From Eledone cirrhosa (lineage: Eukaryota), in contig OZ024741.1 in NCBI GenBank assembly GCA_964016885.1, forward strand, positions 81,654,001 through 81,718,000: a DNA stretch of 64,000 bases, read 5' to 3'. A program made the translations under genes and the position numbers. The notes beneath the pieces were generated by a model, which saw nothing but the letters and a program-made list of their open reading frames with translations, ran no database searches and had not been told where the DNA came from. Within the stretch, counting starts at the first letter, position 1. Every line of letters begins with the position of its first letter. Below, piece by piece: positions 37,527-50,602 of the stretch.

Positions 37527-38795
37527 TTTGTTGGCTTGATTATGTTTTGTACTTTTTGTATTCTAGCTTGTTGATTAAATAAAAGCATATTCCTTTATGT
37601 AAAAAAAAAAAAAGGTTTTGTGCTTCAACAAAAGAATATCTTTTATTTATTTCTAAAAATAAAAGCCTGCTAGATTGTTACGAAATAATATATCTGTCTA
37701 AAACTGTCCAAAAGAAAAAAAAATCAAAGCAGCCAATCTTTTTCAGGAATTTGTTTGATCAAAACATATCCGAATCTTGACACTACATGATCTATCAAAA
37801 AATAACTTTTTTTAACATTAACTTTAATTTCTATTGTAGGATTATATTTTAGTAAATTTTAAAATTCTAACAGTGTTTGTGTAGTCAGTTCTAAAAGCGG
37901 ATAGCATATCAGGAAAACTGTACAAGCTGGAAGTGACATAATCAATGTTTGTTGCCTGCAATAATAATGATAATGGCATCTTTATTAATGTAGGCAGGGA
38001 ATTGTCTATGGGGATTTACTCACATGGATCCTGATGCAAATACAGGAAATAATTTATAATTAGAGAGATGCTGTATAAATGAAACAGTTGCATGCCGGAA
38101 TGCACAGAGATGGTAGAATTATGAAAAACCTGATCAATATTTATGTGCTCAGTGCAGAGTGTAAGTTGTGAATCGTTCTTGAATATCAAACACTGTTCAT
38201 ACAATATTCCTAATCATGTGAATAGGAATAGTAATAGAGATTTTCATAGACAAATTACAAATGTATTCAGTTTCTTTCTGGCTATTCTTTGCCGAATAAA
38301 ATGCATGCAGAAATCTGTGCACTGGAAAGTGCATTAATAGTGAATATTATTGACTTTTCAATGTGAGCTAATTGCTGATGGGGGTGTTCTTTGCTCACTA
38401 CACCGTTTTTATTTTATCTTTTATTTTCTTTAGTTTTTTATATTTCTTCTTGCCTTTACTTTAAGTGGTCAAAATGAATTTGATCACATTTCAGGAAATA
38501 AAGACTTAGGGGTCTTTAGAATTAATTTCGGAGTATGTTTATTTTATTTCGTCTTATTTATATATTTTGAAATGTTATAGAATCGTGATAAAATGGTGCA
38601 GGAAAATGGGGAATGATTGGGTAAGCCTTGTTATAAGAATACTTTCATAATTCCATACATTCAGCTTGCTGTTGTGATTAGTTAATGAATGACGTGAAGA
38701 AATTCGAAGTCTGTTATTTGAACTTTTACGTGGAGACAGGAAACTTGGTACTTAAACATGATATATATTACTTGAACCTATTATTATTATTATTG

Positions 38796-39465
38796 GAGTC
38801 TCAGTCATTGAAGTTATTTAACTGGAAAATTTGTTCAAATGAACATCAAGCCGCTACCTTCAGCTCAGATGTTCAGGACGCATCTGAGGGTTCTTGCTCT
38901 TCCCAGCAAGCATGCCTTTTGAAGTGTTCCATATGAATGGGCCGGACTAATGTTTTTAACCATCCTTGAAAACTCTTTGAGATAATACCTAGTGCTCCTA
39001 TGACAATAGAGACGACCTTGATAACATGACAGTCCCAAATATTTATTAACTCCCACTTTAAATCCTGGTATCGGTTAATTTTCTCCTTCTCCTTTGCTTG
39101 CACTCTTGTGTCAAAAGTCCAGGCTACATCTACAATCAGGCACAATATTTTTTCGTGTCAAAAACCACCAGGTCAGGCCTATTGTGTTCTAATTTGTCTG
39201 TCTGTTTCCTGAAATCCTATAGCACTTTCACCTGATCGTTTTCTATCACCGACTCTGGCTTATGCTCATACCACTTCCCACAATGTGGTAAATTATTTAG
39301 TTTGCATAAATGCCAGTGAATCATCTTTCCTATTATATCTTTCCCCCAGCTCTTTATAGTGAGTCTGGGCTAGGTGTTTACACTCGGATATGATGTGAGC
39401 CATAATTTCCTCTTTTACTTCACAGATCCTACAGAGTGAGCTAGCCTCCTCCTTATCAATATGGT
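38796..39465 (-). mobile_element. Degraded 3' fragment of the main R4/Dong family
   Basis: CLIVDVAW.FDTRVQ.KEKEKINRYQDLKWE, LQKACLLG. Same 3'UTR as 2365-2440, with an (AAT)n tail in element sense at 38780-38795. Confidence 0.88.
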
Positions 39466-39469
39466 GTTA

Positions 39470-39686
39470 TTGGCGGTGGATTGGCAGTATCGGTAGAGAG
39501 TCGGACACCATGCTTTGCATCACAGAGTTACGGCCCTTTACGGTCTGAGTTCAAATCCCGCCGAGGTTAAGTTTGCATTTCATCCTTACGGGTTCTATAA
39601 AATAAAGCACCAGTAACGTACTGGGGTCGATTTAATCGACTTTCCCCTTCTCCCAAATTACTGACGTTGTGCATATATAAGAAACC
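39470..39686 (+). mobile_element. S1 SINE
   Basis: TGGCAGTATCGG A-box, GAGTTCAAATCCC B-box and the S1 core. Confidence 0.82.
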
Positions 39687-39699
39687 GTGCATCATTACT

Positions 39700-40660
39700 G
39701 CTTTACTGTGCGCCTTGTGGATCAGCATTGTAGTTTTTGCTGATGTTGTTTCTATTGTATTGATAGTACTTTTCATAATATGTGTGCATTGCCTAGTAGT
39801 ACTTTCATTTGTATGCTGTATATATCTATAAGTCCTGGGGTTTTGGCTATGTATTTATCTGTGTGTTTTTTTTATCATTCCTAGAGCACCTATTATTATA
39901 GGTATTGTTTCTATTTTCCTTTTCCACATTTATTCGAGTTATTTCTATCGCTAGATCTTTATATTTGGAGAGTTTCTCTATTTCCTTGGAAGATATATTG
40001 ACGTCTGTGGAGATAGATACACCTATTAGAAGGCATTATTTTTCTTTGTGGTCTTTGTGGTCGGTTGGACTTGATCTCTCTGTCTGTATGTATTGGCATA
40101 TCCTAGAACATGGTTACTTTGTCATTCTCTGACACTTTTGCTGGTGCGTGTTTGTACCATCTTTTTTCTGATGGTATTTCATAATGCTGGCCTAATTTCC
40201 AGTGTATGAAAGTCCAACTATATCATGCCTGTGAATATATTCTTTTTTGGCTAGTGAGACTTTGTGGTTGATTGTTTCTTCTCTATCTCCACATATTCTA
40301 CGGTTACTTATAGTGCTTTGTTTCATTATGTACTCCTGTTAGTTTCTGGTAGGTAGACTCTGGTCCTGCGCTGCAATTAGAAATTCTTCCGTCTGAGCTT
40401 TTAGTCCCGTGCTTCGAGCCAGTTTTGTGTGCTGTCTTTGCCTACTTCCTTTCTATTTAGCTTTTTTGGGGTATTGGCCATGTGAGGATTTCTCTTGCCA
40501 TCGTTTTAACATGGCATTCTGGATGTCAGTTTCCAATATAAAATTTATGTCTTTCACAATTGCTATTGTTGGTTTTTCTCTGCTTTAATTTCACAATTAT
40601 CTGTTAGTCCAGTTTTGGATTTGAATTCTGTGGCTTCCTTGAAGACCGAGAACAGTTTTT
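39700..40660 (-). mobile_element. Old R4-like RLE LINE remnant
   Basis: Minus-strand remnants WQEKSSHGQYP, GLKAQTEEFLIAAQDQSLPTRN, KLSKYKDL and IPIIIGALG. Confidence 0.7.
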
Positions 40661-40664
40661 TGTT

Positions 40665-42032
40665 TTGTCCCTATTCAATGTACTGACTCTGGAGCCACTA
40701 CTGCACATACTTGGAATGTTGAGGCATATCCGGCGTGAACTAGGATGCGGGCCATCCGTATCAGATTATGCCGACGATATAACCGCAGTAGTGTCAAGCA
40801 GCAAACTCATCGAGATGTTCAGCACTACTCTGAGGGAATATGAATTGGTAACAGCAGCAAACATTAACCAGAAAAATGACAGTGAGTCTGCGGCTTGTAA
40901 TCTGGAAAGGCAGGTCCATGCATCATTGTCGAGGGCTGGACGGGCGGTCCGATTGAATTGCTAGGGTTCTTGTCTGGTTCAGATCTTCAAGTGGACAACA
41001 AGGTAACAAGCAGGGTGACCACTCTGACCCAGAAATGGGCCGAGTGAAAGCTATCCATAAAAGATCAGGCAACGTCTTTATCCTGGTCCATGTCTGACTA
41101 CACTAGAGCAATTTCTCCTAGCTCGTCTCATTGACGGTGTTGCAGTGACGGGTCAAGCAAAAACCGAGAGGAAACGTTTTGAAAGTAGAATATCCTGAAG
41201 CACTCGGTTAAAAATTCAGCTTGGCGTTCTATATAGGGTTAGTGGTGAGTAAAAGTGACGTTGATATTGGGGAAACTCTGGTCGTTGACGAAAATCAACT
41301 AGCCACCCGTTTTCTGAGGATCTTAGGTCTAGGGCCCATCGATGACTTACAGAGATACCTGATCTGACATTGCCTACATCAAAGTGCCGTCAGTTGGGCC
41401 TGTCCAAGATGCACGCTGGGTGATGAAACCATCCCGCGCTAACTCACTCAATGTCAGAGCATTGCTCACTTATGTGCCATCTGCTGGCACATGTAGGGCG
41501 AATCAGGCTACCAGCTGAGTCCAATGTGAAGATCCAGGAATGACAGGCTATTTCTATTTGCCTGCTGACCGTGGCAAATCATATCGTGAGGTAGATGTAC
41601 TTGATAGGGTTGAAAACAAGTACCATTCTCTTCAACAAACACTGGTAAATTTTGAGGTTTCACTTGAAGAGAAAATTCAAGGGGGAGAATGAAGAGCCAG
41701 TTTGGTGAAAGGTGGATCTGATCTGAATAAGCACCTGTAGATTAGAGAAGGGAAATCGGGGTGGGGGACTTTCCCTGGGGTACCGTTTCTTTTTGTGAAC
41801 GTTTCCCACGAGTGACTCTCGGAAGTTTCCTCCTATTGAGGATTTTTCTTGTTCGAAATTTAGTTTGTTTGCTTTTGTAAAACCTTTTATACACGAACCA
41901 ACCCCCAGTGTACTGCCTTGTGCTATCCTATACCGTCAAGTGCCGTCATGTGCCGTTCTATGGCGTCATATGTAATTTTTAATGTTTTCTTAATGTCACC
42001 CCTGTGTAGCTAATACAGAAACCCTTATTATT
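40665..42032 (+). mobile_element. Degraded 3' part of the Tx1-like family
   Basis: LTLEPLL..L...RELGCG.SVS.YADD matches ORF2 of 5855-11793. The 3'UTR ends CCTGTG..AATACAGAAACCC(TTA)n. Confidence 0.85.
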
Positions 42033-42373
42033 TTTTTTGCTTCAGGAATGATCTTATTCCTGATAAGATGATTTGTGTGGGTAACGGGGTACTACAAGTA
42101 ACCTTAGGTATCTACATAATTTCAATAAGCTATCAATAGCTCAAACATTTCTGTTAATATTTCCTGTTCTCAAGAAGCAAGCAATCTGTAGAAGCTCTAC
42201 AAGCCACGCCACTCTAATCTTTCTTATTCGTCTGTCTAGTTTATCACTCACAGTCCCGAGTGCACATATTATCAGATGCATAGTCACTAATGATTTCATG
42301 TTGAGAGTTCGCACAATCTCAAATTTTAAGGGGTCAACAGATGCCCAATTGAGGGCATGTTACTAATGTAATG

Positions 42374-42492
42374 CTTCTTCTTCTTCTTCTTCTTCTTCTT
42401 CTTCTTCTTCTTCTTCTTCTTCTTCTTCTTCTTCTTCTTCTTCTTCTTCTTCTTCTTCTTCTTCTTCTTCTTCTTCTTCTTCTTCTTCTTCT
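42374..42492 (+). repeat. (CTT)n microsatellite, about 40 perfect units
   Basis: Uninterrupted run; it explains the poly-L and poly-R ORFs. Confidence 0.97.
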
Positions 42493-42849
42493 GTTGACAT
42501 CAAAGCTGTATTCTGCAACCTTAGCTACATCTAACCCATTTCTTATACCCTTGCTGCACCAAACAAGGAAGTTTTCTGTAGAATCAGGAAGCCCCAGTCC
42601 CTCATTATCTAACATCTTCAACCTACTTCTTGTCTCTGCCCTTTACAATTCAGATGATAACAACTTTACTGGGATTCCAGATCCTCTGAATTTCCTATTT
42701 TAGATTTGCTAGGTCTCTATCTTCTTATGTTTCTATTTCTCTACCTCACTTGTATGAATCTGACAAGTAACATCGATTATCCAATATAACAATATCTAGG
42801 CGTGAATGTTCTGTTTGTCGTCCGATAAAAATTATATTTAGTGGTACTT

Positions 42850-43052
42850 TGGTAGAATTGTAGCGCTTCGGATAATATCTTTGCGGTATTTTTATTGAAT
42901 CTTTAGGTTCTGAGTTCAAATCCCGCATAAGTCAACTTGCCTTTGATCCTTCCGGGTATGATAAAATAAAATATCAGTTAAGTACTTGTGTTGATATAAT
43001 CAACTTTCTCTTTCCTCCAAATTAGCGATCTTATGCCAATGTTAGAAAGAAT
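42850..43052 (+). mobile_element. S1 SINE, diverged
   Basis: GAGTTCAAATCCCGC B-box, S1 core, and 3' end CTTATGCC..TTAGAAAGAATT. Confidence 0.7.
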
Positions 43053-44263
43053 TATGACCACGAATACTACCACTACCACCACCACCACCGCCATCATAAT
43101 CATCATCACTCATATTTATTCCCATAGTTATTACTTTTAAATATTAACCACAGGAAAAAAATCTTGGCACACGTTAAAACATTAACCCAATTTGGCCAAT
43201 ATTTGATACGTCCTTTTAAAAAAATGTGTCATATTTAATTTATTAATAAATGGTTTAAATTTTCTTTTGGATAGTAACCAATAGAGCGTCTATCTTCCAC
43301 ATAACTGGTTCCACTTTAAACATTACTAATTTGTTTTTGTAATTTATTCATTTGTTATGTTTTGTATTTTTTACTTTTTTCTTCTTAACTCTATGAAAAA
43401 TAAAAAAATGGCGTGAGTTAGAAATTCCATTCACTTAATTTATCTGGAAATCAATTTTGACAGGAATGTATGATTTCTTGGTTTCTTGGGGTAATTATGA
43501 ATTTTTCCTTATTGGCACTGATTCTGATTGTTGTTATTGTTGTTATTATTCTCGCTTTTGTTATTGTTGTGCTTGTTGTTGTTACTGCAGTAGTAGCAAT
43601 TGTTGTTGTTGCTGTAATAGTAAGAACAGCTGTTTGAACTGTTATTATTATTGCCGAAGTAAAGATGGTGGATTGGCAAAGTCGTTAAAACGTCAGGCAA
43701 ATGCGTTATCTGTTATAATTCAGTGCGTTCTGAGTCCAAATTCCACTTCCTGCCATCGGTGGCGCTTCTGTCGGGAAATATGACAGACAGGTAGTACCTG
43801 TAATTGAAGGATAAAGAGAATCAGTGGTTCATTCTAAAGATCAGCTTTTGATTTATATCCTTACAATATTTACCCCTAAACAATACATCGTTCTCGCAAG
43901 ATACACTTAAAATGGATTTACCATCCTACTTTCTGCGATCATTGAGGAGGATCATCCACAGAAACAAGTCTCAGGAGTGGACTGGTTCTTTCAGCGTATT
44001 TCCCCTGCTATCCTCTTGGGATATTGTATTACAATTCTGTCTGTTGGAATCAAGAAACAATCCCTTTATATTTTGCATATATTTTTGAGTGACAGTAGGC
44101 GGGAATGAAAACGTGACAGACTATCATTTATTGATTCAATGTTGTAAACTTTGGTCTCTCTCTCTCACACACACATATATATATATATCATATATAAAAT
44201 ATACTCTTTGCTCAAGGAAAATACAGTGTAGATATTACTGTAGAGTTATGTATGTATGTATGC

Positions 44264-44296
<33 letters not shown>

Positions 44297-44329
44297 TGTA
44301 TGTATGTATGTATGTATGTATGTATGTAT

Positions 44330-45622
<1,293 letters not shown>

Positions 45623-45673
45623 ATGTATGTATGTATGTATGTATGTATGTATGTATGTATGTATGTATGTATG

Positions 45674-48044
45674 CTTTCTCTTTCTCTTAATTTCGAGTAT
45701 ATTTTTTGACCGGCCACCTTCCTGGTGGCAAGGTTGTAAATAAAAAGAAATTGTCATCCCTTGAATCGCAAGAATGTTTTGCAAATTTTGAAGGTGCCAG
45801 CTATCGCTGCCATTTGTAGATTATGAATTAGGGAGCTGCGCTTTTTGTCCGCAAATCCAAGTTCAGTCATACTTTGGTCCACGCGGGTTGGTAAATAACC
45901 CGTAGCTCCAATAATGATGGGTATGAAGCTAAAGGTGTATCTTGGATACTGGATTTGTAAACTCCTCATCAATGGTCCGTAGATGTCCTCCTTCTCCTGT
46001 ATTTTTCTGACAACGTTTACACAAGTGGGCAGCTGATCTCCACAACAGAACACGTTTTCAATGTGTGGTCCCAAACAACAATATCAGGCCGGTTGTGCTT
46101 TAATTTGGTGGCAGTTTTTATTTTCAGGTTCCACCAGTATTCCTTAGTGCCATCTGTCTCAATATATTCTTCCTCGTTTGTTGTTAATTTTGTTTTCCGA
46201 AGTGTGTTCCAGATGGTTCTAGCTATCCCATCGTGTCTCATGGGGAGGTAGTAGCGAGATGACATTCTTTCGCAGCTGGCAACAATGTGGCTTACATCCT
46301 CGATCTTTGTTTTACATAGCCTACATTTATTGTCAGCTGCTGGCCCTTCTCTTTTGTGCAGCAGATATTTGGTAGGGAGTTCTTGTTCCTGTACTGCATA
46401 GAGATATCCCTCAAGGTGTGATGTCATAAACTTGTCGGAACTCCATGCCAGGCTTTTTGAGTGGTTTATCCCCTTTATGGTCTGTGTTTTACGCCTCAAG
46501 TATCCATGCACAACTTTTTCTGTAAATTGGTCAATTTTTTTTATCTTGTTTGAACATTGAATAGGATCTTCCGATTTCTCTGGGTGAGAGATTTATATCA
46601 GGCTTTATTCCATATCTCTCCTCCATCACCATTGATGTTAAAGTTCCACATCACCATTGATGTTAAAGTTCCCAGTAACACTGAGAAGTTTTCGAGTTCT
46701 AACATCCATCTCACTTAGTTCTTGCAATGACCAGTTCAGCAGGCCAAATGTTGGCGTTAGAATTGGCACAGCATAAGTATTGTGGGAAATGTATTTGTTT
46801 TACGCTGACAGTTCTGATGACCATATTTTCTTTACTCTTCTGAGGTATTCAGTTCTGGTTCTCTCCTTATTTATGGGTCCATCATATCTGACATTATCAT
46901 CCTGTCCAAGATATCTGTAGTTGTCACCTGACTGTAGAGGTTGTATTGTCAGGCCGTTCATCTCTAGATTTCTAGAGGAGGGCACAGCTCTTCCATGTTT
47001 TACTGCCAAATATGCACACTTGGACTCACCAATTTCATTTTGATGTCGGTTGAAAATCGTGTAATGAGGTCCAATTGTTTCTTGATGTCATTGATATTTG
47101 GCCCATACAACTTCAAGTCGTCAACAAAGAAAAGATGGGAGATACTTCTGGGCCCACTTCTTTGTCCACCTTGTTTCCTGAGTAGGTAAGATAGTGGATT
47201 CAGTGAGAGAACGAAGAGTAGCACTGACAAGCTATCACCCTGAAAGATGCCCTTCTGGTAATGTATCTTATCAGTCTTAACTTGCTCCTTCTCACCTCTA
47301 AGGATCAAATTGGTGTACCAGTTCTTGGTCAGGCGTTCAAGAGCAGCTATCAATGGTTGTGGGACTTTAGCTAACTGTAAAGCCTTAATAATCCACCCAT
47401 GAGGTACACTATCAAATGCTTTTTGATATTCCAGCCACACCACAGTCATGTTTCTGCGATTCTTTGTTGTTTTTTCCTGAATCATTTTGTTAGTTAGTAG
47501 GTGATCTATGCAACCCCACACCTCCCTCTTTCCACCAGCTTGCTCAGGTGTTATGATGTTGTTGGTAGCACAGTAATCCTGTAAGAACAGGTTAAGGCAC
47601 CCAGTATATAATTTATACATGATGTTTTGGCAGGCTATTGGGCGGTAATTTTTAGCAAGGTTGGTTTGGCTATTTTTGGGAATGAGGAGAGTAGTGGCAG
47701 TTGATAACCATCTGGGCAGTTCTTGTGTGCCTTTAATGGTTTCTGCAAACAGCCGTATGAGATCTTGCCGATAGAAAGTGAAATTCTTCAACCAGTATCC
47801 TGTAATGGGGTCTGGGCCTGGCGATTTCCTATTCGACATTTTCTGTAGAGCTGTTTCCAGTATTGACCCCTCTATGTCATATTGTTTTGTCTGGACATGT
47901 TGGCAGTAGTCCTGTTCCAGTTCTTTTAGCCAATTAGTTTGTCTGTTGAATCCGTCATCCGTTTCCCATACAGATCTCCAGTAGCTCTCAACCTGTTCTT
48001 TTGAAGGGGTGTCATTTACAGGGATTGACCTTTTGCCACCGTAC

Positions 48045-48045
<1 letters not shown>
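45674..48045 (-). mobile_element. RLE LINE (R4-like, distinct family) inserted in (CATA)n, 5'-truncated and frameshifted
   Basis: KSPGPDPITGYWLK, NYRPIAC, GIFQGDSLS, HLFFVDDLKL, CRLC..EDVSHIVASC, RHD, RPDIVVWD. The 3'UTR has a hairpin GCCACC/GGTGGC. (CATA)n at both junctions. Confidence 0.9.
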
Positions 48046-48075
<30 letters not shown>

Positions 48076-48199
48076 TGTATGTATGTATGTATGTATGTAT
48101 GTATGTATGTATGTATGTTGTGTATGTATATATGTATGAATGCATGGATGTGTATCTATATATCTATTTATCTACACACGCAGCCCCTATATATATACA

Positions 48200-48346
48200 T
48201 ATCAGAATGGAGGCGGTAAAAATCAGTGAGACCATTACTCATTAGAGTACACGATACTTGGGGTAGTAGAGTGGGTAATATGAAACATTCAGGAAACCTA
48301 CGGCTTAATTGTTGAAACGGCATAGCTCAGCCGTCGGGGTCCTGAT

Positions 48347-48355
<9 letters not shown>
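48200..48355 (+). repeat. TA-inserted hairpin / half-hammerhead family H, copy 1
   Basis: Shares GGGTAGTAGAGTGGGTAATA and GAAACGGC..GCTC.GCCGTCGGGGTC with the other copies. Confidence 0.7.
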
Positions 48356-48389
<34 letters not shown>

Positions 48390-48677
48390 AAACGGAGCCA
48401 TTCACAAGGTTTGAATGAAGGAGAAACTTTCCAATTCTGATGCTACCAAACATGTACAACTGGAAGAAATAGCAATGTAAAATAAACACAACGTGCCACC
48501 CGATCCAGGAACTGAAATAATGACGTTATGATCGTGAGAGCGGCGACACCATTATTCATAAAAACTTTGAAGGTACGTGACCTATATATACATACATATA
48601 TATGTATATATATATACATATATATATATATATGACCCTCCCCAACTATAACAATATATATATATATATATATATAA

Positions 48678-48838
48678 ATATATGAAAAGATTCAGGACAC
48701 CGACGGCTGAGCTCCAGCCGTTTCGACAGCCGGATCTAGCTGTCTAAATCTTTTCATATTACTCAATCTACTACCCCAAGCATCGAGTAATCTGGTGCGT
48801 TATGGTCCACCTGGTATCTTCCACACCTTCTTTGTTAT
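48678..48838 (-). repeat. Family H, copy 2
   Basis: Sense sequence ...GACAGC tagatccg GCTGTC GAAACGGCTGGAGCTCAGCCGTC GGTGTCCTGAATCTTTTCATAT; TA-flanked. Confidence 0.75.
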
Positions 48839-48931
48839 AAATATATACACACACAAAATATTTGCAACATCTTGTTGGCCATTAAATATATACATGCAAT
48901 CATAAATCTTTGTTGTTCTCTCTAGCATTTA

Positions 48932-49018
<87 letters not shown>

Positions 49019-49020
<2 letters not shown>

Positions 49021-49212
49021 ACGAAGGAGGTGTGGTAAGGAACCAGATGGACCATAACGCACCAGAGTACTCAATCCTTAGGGTAGTAGAGTGGGTAATA
49101 GGAAAATGTTTGACCCCGACGGCAGAGCTCAATCCGTTACGACGGCTATTTCTGGACGTCCAGAAATAGCCGTCGAAACGGCTTGAGCTCTGCCGTTGGG
49201 GTCAAACATTTT

Positions 49213-49217
<5 letters not shown>
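49019..49217 (+). repeat. Family H, copy 3 (full hairpin)
   Basis: 60-bp arms spanning 49098-49217, centred on GACGTC, with 3 mismatches. Confidence 0.8.
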
Positions 49218-49249
<32 letters not shown>

Positions 49250-49397
49250 CTAAACGGAATAGAAAATGTTGACAAATTGTTCACAGTTGAAAAATGGTTT
49301 AATTAGGAATAAAAGAGTATTAGTGATTGTATGGGTTAGTATTCAGTTGTGGTTTTAAGTTTTTAAGTTTTTACCGGTTGCGCATATATATATATAT

Positions 49398-50040
49398 TTG
49401 AAAAGTGCGCAACGTTCTATATAAAACAGAGGTTATAGAGAAAAAGTAGAATTGGAAGCACCATGGAAAACGTTTAAAGAATCTGTTATTTGTTTCTTTT
49501 GTCCGTCAAAGTGACATTATTGAAAACATGAGAGAAACAATTTTTTCTTTTTAAAAAAGGAGTTGTATAATATATATAAAATATATAAAATATCACCGGT
49601 TTCGATGTACCGGTGCAATCCATCTTATCACATATTGAATATTACAACTAAAAAGGATTAAAAAAGAAACATTTTAAATGTAAAATTAGGTGTTGAAGAA
49701 GGTCTGTTCATCTTTGTTTTTGAGAAGAAGACTCGATCCAAAATGGAACCTTATATTTATATATATAGAGAGAGAGGTAGTCGTCGTCGTAGTAGTAGTA
49801 GTTGTTGTAGTGGTGTTAATTGTGTCTTTTTAAAGAACAAAGTTATTTTTAGGGAGAGGATATTTTCTGTATATATGTTTGTGTATCTCAATTGTGTTAA
49901 AGGACTGGTCAAGAGTTTAGATGGGTGTGGCGAAGGGGGGAAATGTAAGCTAGAGACAATTGCTATAGGGGAGAGAGGTGTATAGGATTGTAAAAGAAAT
50001 TCTATTTCAGGCATATGGTTTAAGAGGGTATGAGTGTGTA
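49398..50040 (-). mobile_element. Solo Penelope pLTR/3'UTR fragment related to the PLE B pLTR
   Basis: Terminus GAAAAGTG..AGGTTATAGAGAAAA resembles 22979-23020. Degenerate hammerhead GTGATAA-GATG..CATC-GAAA-CCGG-TG near 49590-49635. A relative on the + strand lies near 55010-55420. Confidence 0.65.
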
Positions 50041-50509
50041 TGTGTGAGTGTATAATATAATATATATATATTTTTTCTCTCGCACGCTGGCCAAGCTGGT
50101 AGGAATTTTTTTTCTCTCTCTCGTCTAGGATTTCACAGAACTTATGTTTACCGAATTCGCAGACCAGATCCCTTCTTCCCCCCGTTAGACCTGTGCGAAA
50201 TTCCTTCCTTGCTCACATTTCAACCAGGTTTGATGGTCTTTATTCTCTCGTTCACGATTTCACCGAATTTAAATTCATAGAAATCTGGGACTTTCACTTT
50301 CTGTTGCTTAAACCATTTTGTTTGTTTACCCTCGCGTCCCCTTTATTTACGTGTCCCAACGACTTTTTTTAGCCGTTGCTCGCACCAACCGGAGGTATAT
50401 GGTCTTTAAAGCGATGAAATGCCTATGATGGTTGGAAGATCACTGATGAAGGACACACTTTTTCATATGTAACCCATTTGCAACGCCGCAGCTCCATTAT
50501 TATCATATT

Positions 50510-50599
<90 letters not shown>

Positions 50600-50602
<3 letters not shown>

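Noticed and set aside
50435-50500. CTGATGA at 50443 as a hammerhead
   Set aside because: Downstream reads GCAA rather than GAAA and the helices pair poorly. The CCGATGA near 31120 (-) and the TTGAAAA..GAAATGCGCA near 54406 are similarly too degenerate to call.
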